Positions 63,440-64,000 of a stretch of 64,000 bases of DNA are shown here, one piece after another. The notes beneath the pieces were generated by a model. That model did no database searches, had not been told where the DNA came from, and saw only the letters and a program-made list of their open reading frames with translations. The first letter of the stretch is position 1; the number at the start of each line of letters is the position of its first letter. The stretch comes from a virus: the IMG/VR virus record IMGVR_UViG_3300028384_000422, positions 1-64,000 of that record; one strand, given 5' to 3'. The position numbers were made by a program, and so were the translations under genes.

Positions 63440-64000
63440 CAGATATCGAAATCATCTTTGTAGTAATTATAGATCTGCGTTCTTTCCGCCTCTGTAATAT
63501 GTCTATTGTAATACATGAACACAGGGAAAGAACCGCAGTTCTGAGATGAACTATGAGGGTTTCTATCACCCTGACCCCATGCACCTACATGGTGAAATCC
63601 TCTATTAAATTGTGCATTTCCATTGTTAATGGTTGCTCTAGCACTTGCCTCGTCATTCAAATAACATTGATAGCAAGGAGAATACTGACCAGAAGTATAG
63701 TTAGATAATCTCCAAGTATACATGTTGAACTTACTATCCCAGTTAGGGAATTGATCAATATCATATCCACTATCTTGGAAACCAGCATTATTGTTATCAT
63801 ACATGCCTAGACTTCTACCGCCGTCTTGCACAATAATCTGATGGTCGGCATCACGAGAACGCAAAGGTGTCCTCCACTGACTATTGTCTGTTCTCCACTT
63901 CAAGAAGAAAACAACACTAACAGCAGGAAAATACGGGACATCAATGTAATTGGAATGTGAGAACTTAGCACATCCAGAACCATTCACTGAGAAGTCCATG
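63439..64000 (-). CDS. C-terminal part of a probable virion protein with a LamG/lectin-like domain (5' end outside the window)
   Basis: Frame open to the window edge; ends FMYYNRHITEAERTQIYNYY, a LamG-like terminal motif. Confidence 0.65.
   Translation of the reverse strand, partial: MDFSVNGSGCAKFSHSNYIDVPYFPAVSVVFFLKWRTDNSQWRTPLRSRDADHQIIVQDGGRSLGMYDNNNAGFQDSGYDIDQFPNWDSKFNMYTWRLSNYTSGQYSPCYQCYLNDEASARATINNGNAQFNRGFHHVGAWGQGDRNPHSSSQNCGSFPVFMYYNRHITEAERTQIYNYYKDDFDI

Overview
A 64-kb segment of a T4-like myovirus genome. Gene content and order closely resemble marine cyanomyoviruses (Kyanoviridae-like), but the host is inferred because no photosynthesis genes lie in this window. Essentially all credible genes are on the minus strand. 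1-46.9 kb is the late virion module: gp16, gp15, gp14, gp13, a long fibre gene broken by two frameshifts, a 2430-aa DUF4815/VrlC-like protein, gp8, a 1399-aa structural protein, a gp9/10-like connector, a 6483-aa gp7-like protein, gp6 and gp25, with (T)ATAAATA late promoters. 46.9-56.8 kb is an early-type region of about 35 small ORFs, an SF2 helicase and a 2OG-Fe(II) oxygenase, driven by sigma70-like promoters, eight of which carry a 22-24 bp GTGNCAS-N8/9-STGNCAC palindrome just upstream of -35. 56.8-64 kb is a late fibre/chaperone cassette containing a U32(Fe-S)-methyltransferase fusion and a 2OG oxygenase. Most notable: (i) a non-coding hub at 47.65-48.48 kb with cyanobacterial-type DnaA boxes, back-to-back promoters and a promoter-driven structured non-coding tract; (ii) the fibre + U32/MTase + dioxygenase operon; (iii) amicyanin-like copper-ligand motifs on baseplate proteins; (iv) a four-level self-nested domain in the giant protein. 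All family calls come from motif recognition by eye, not database searches.
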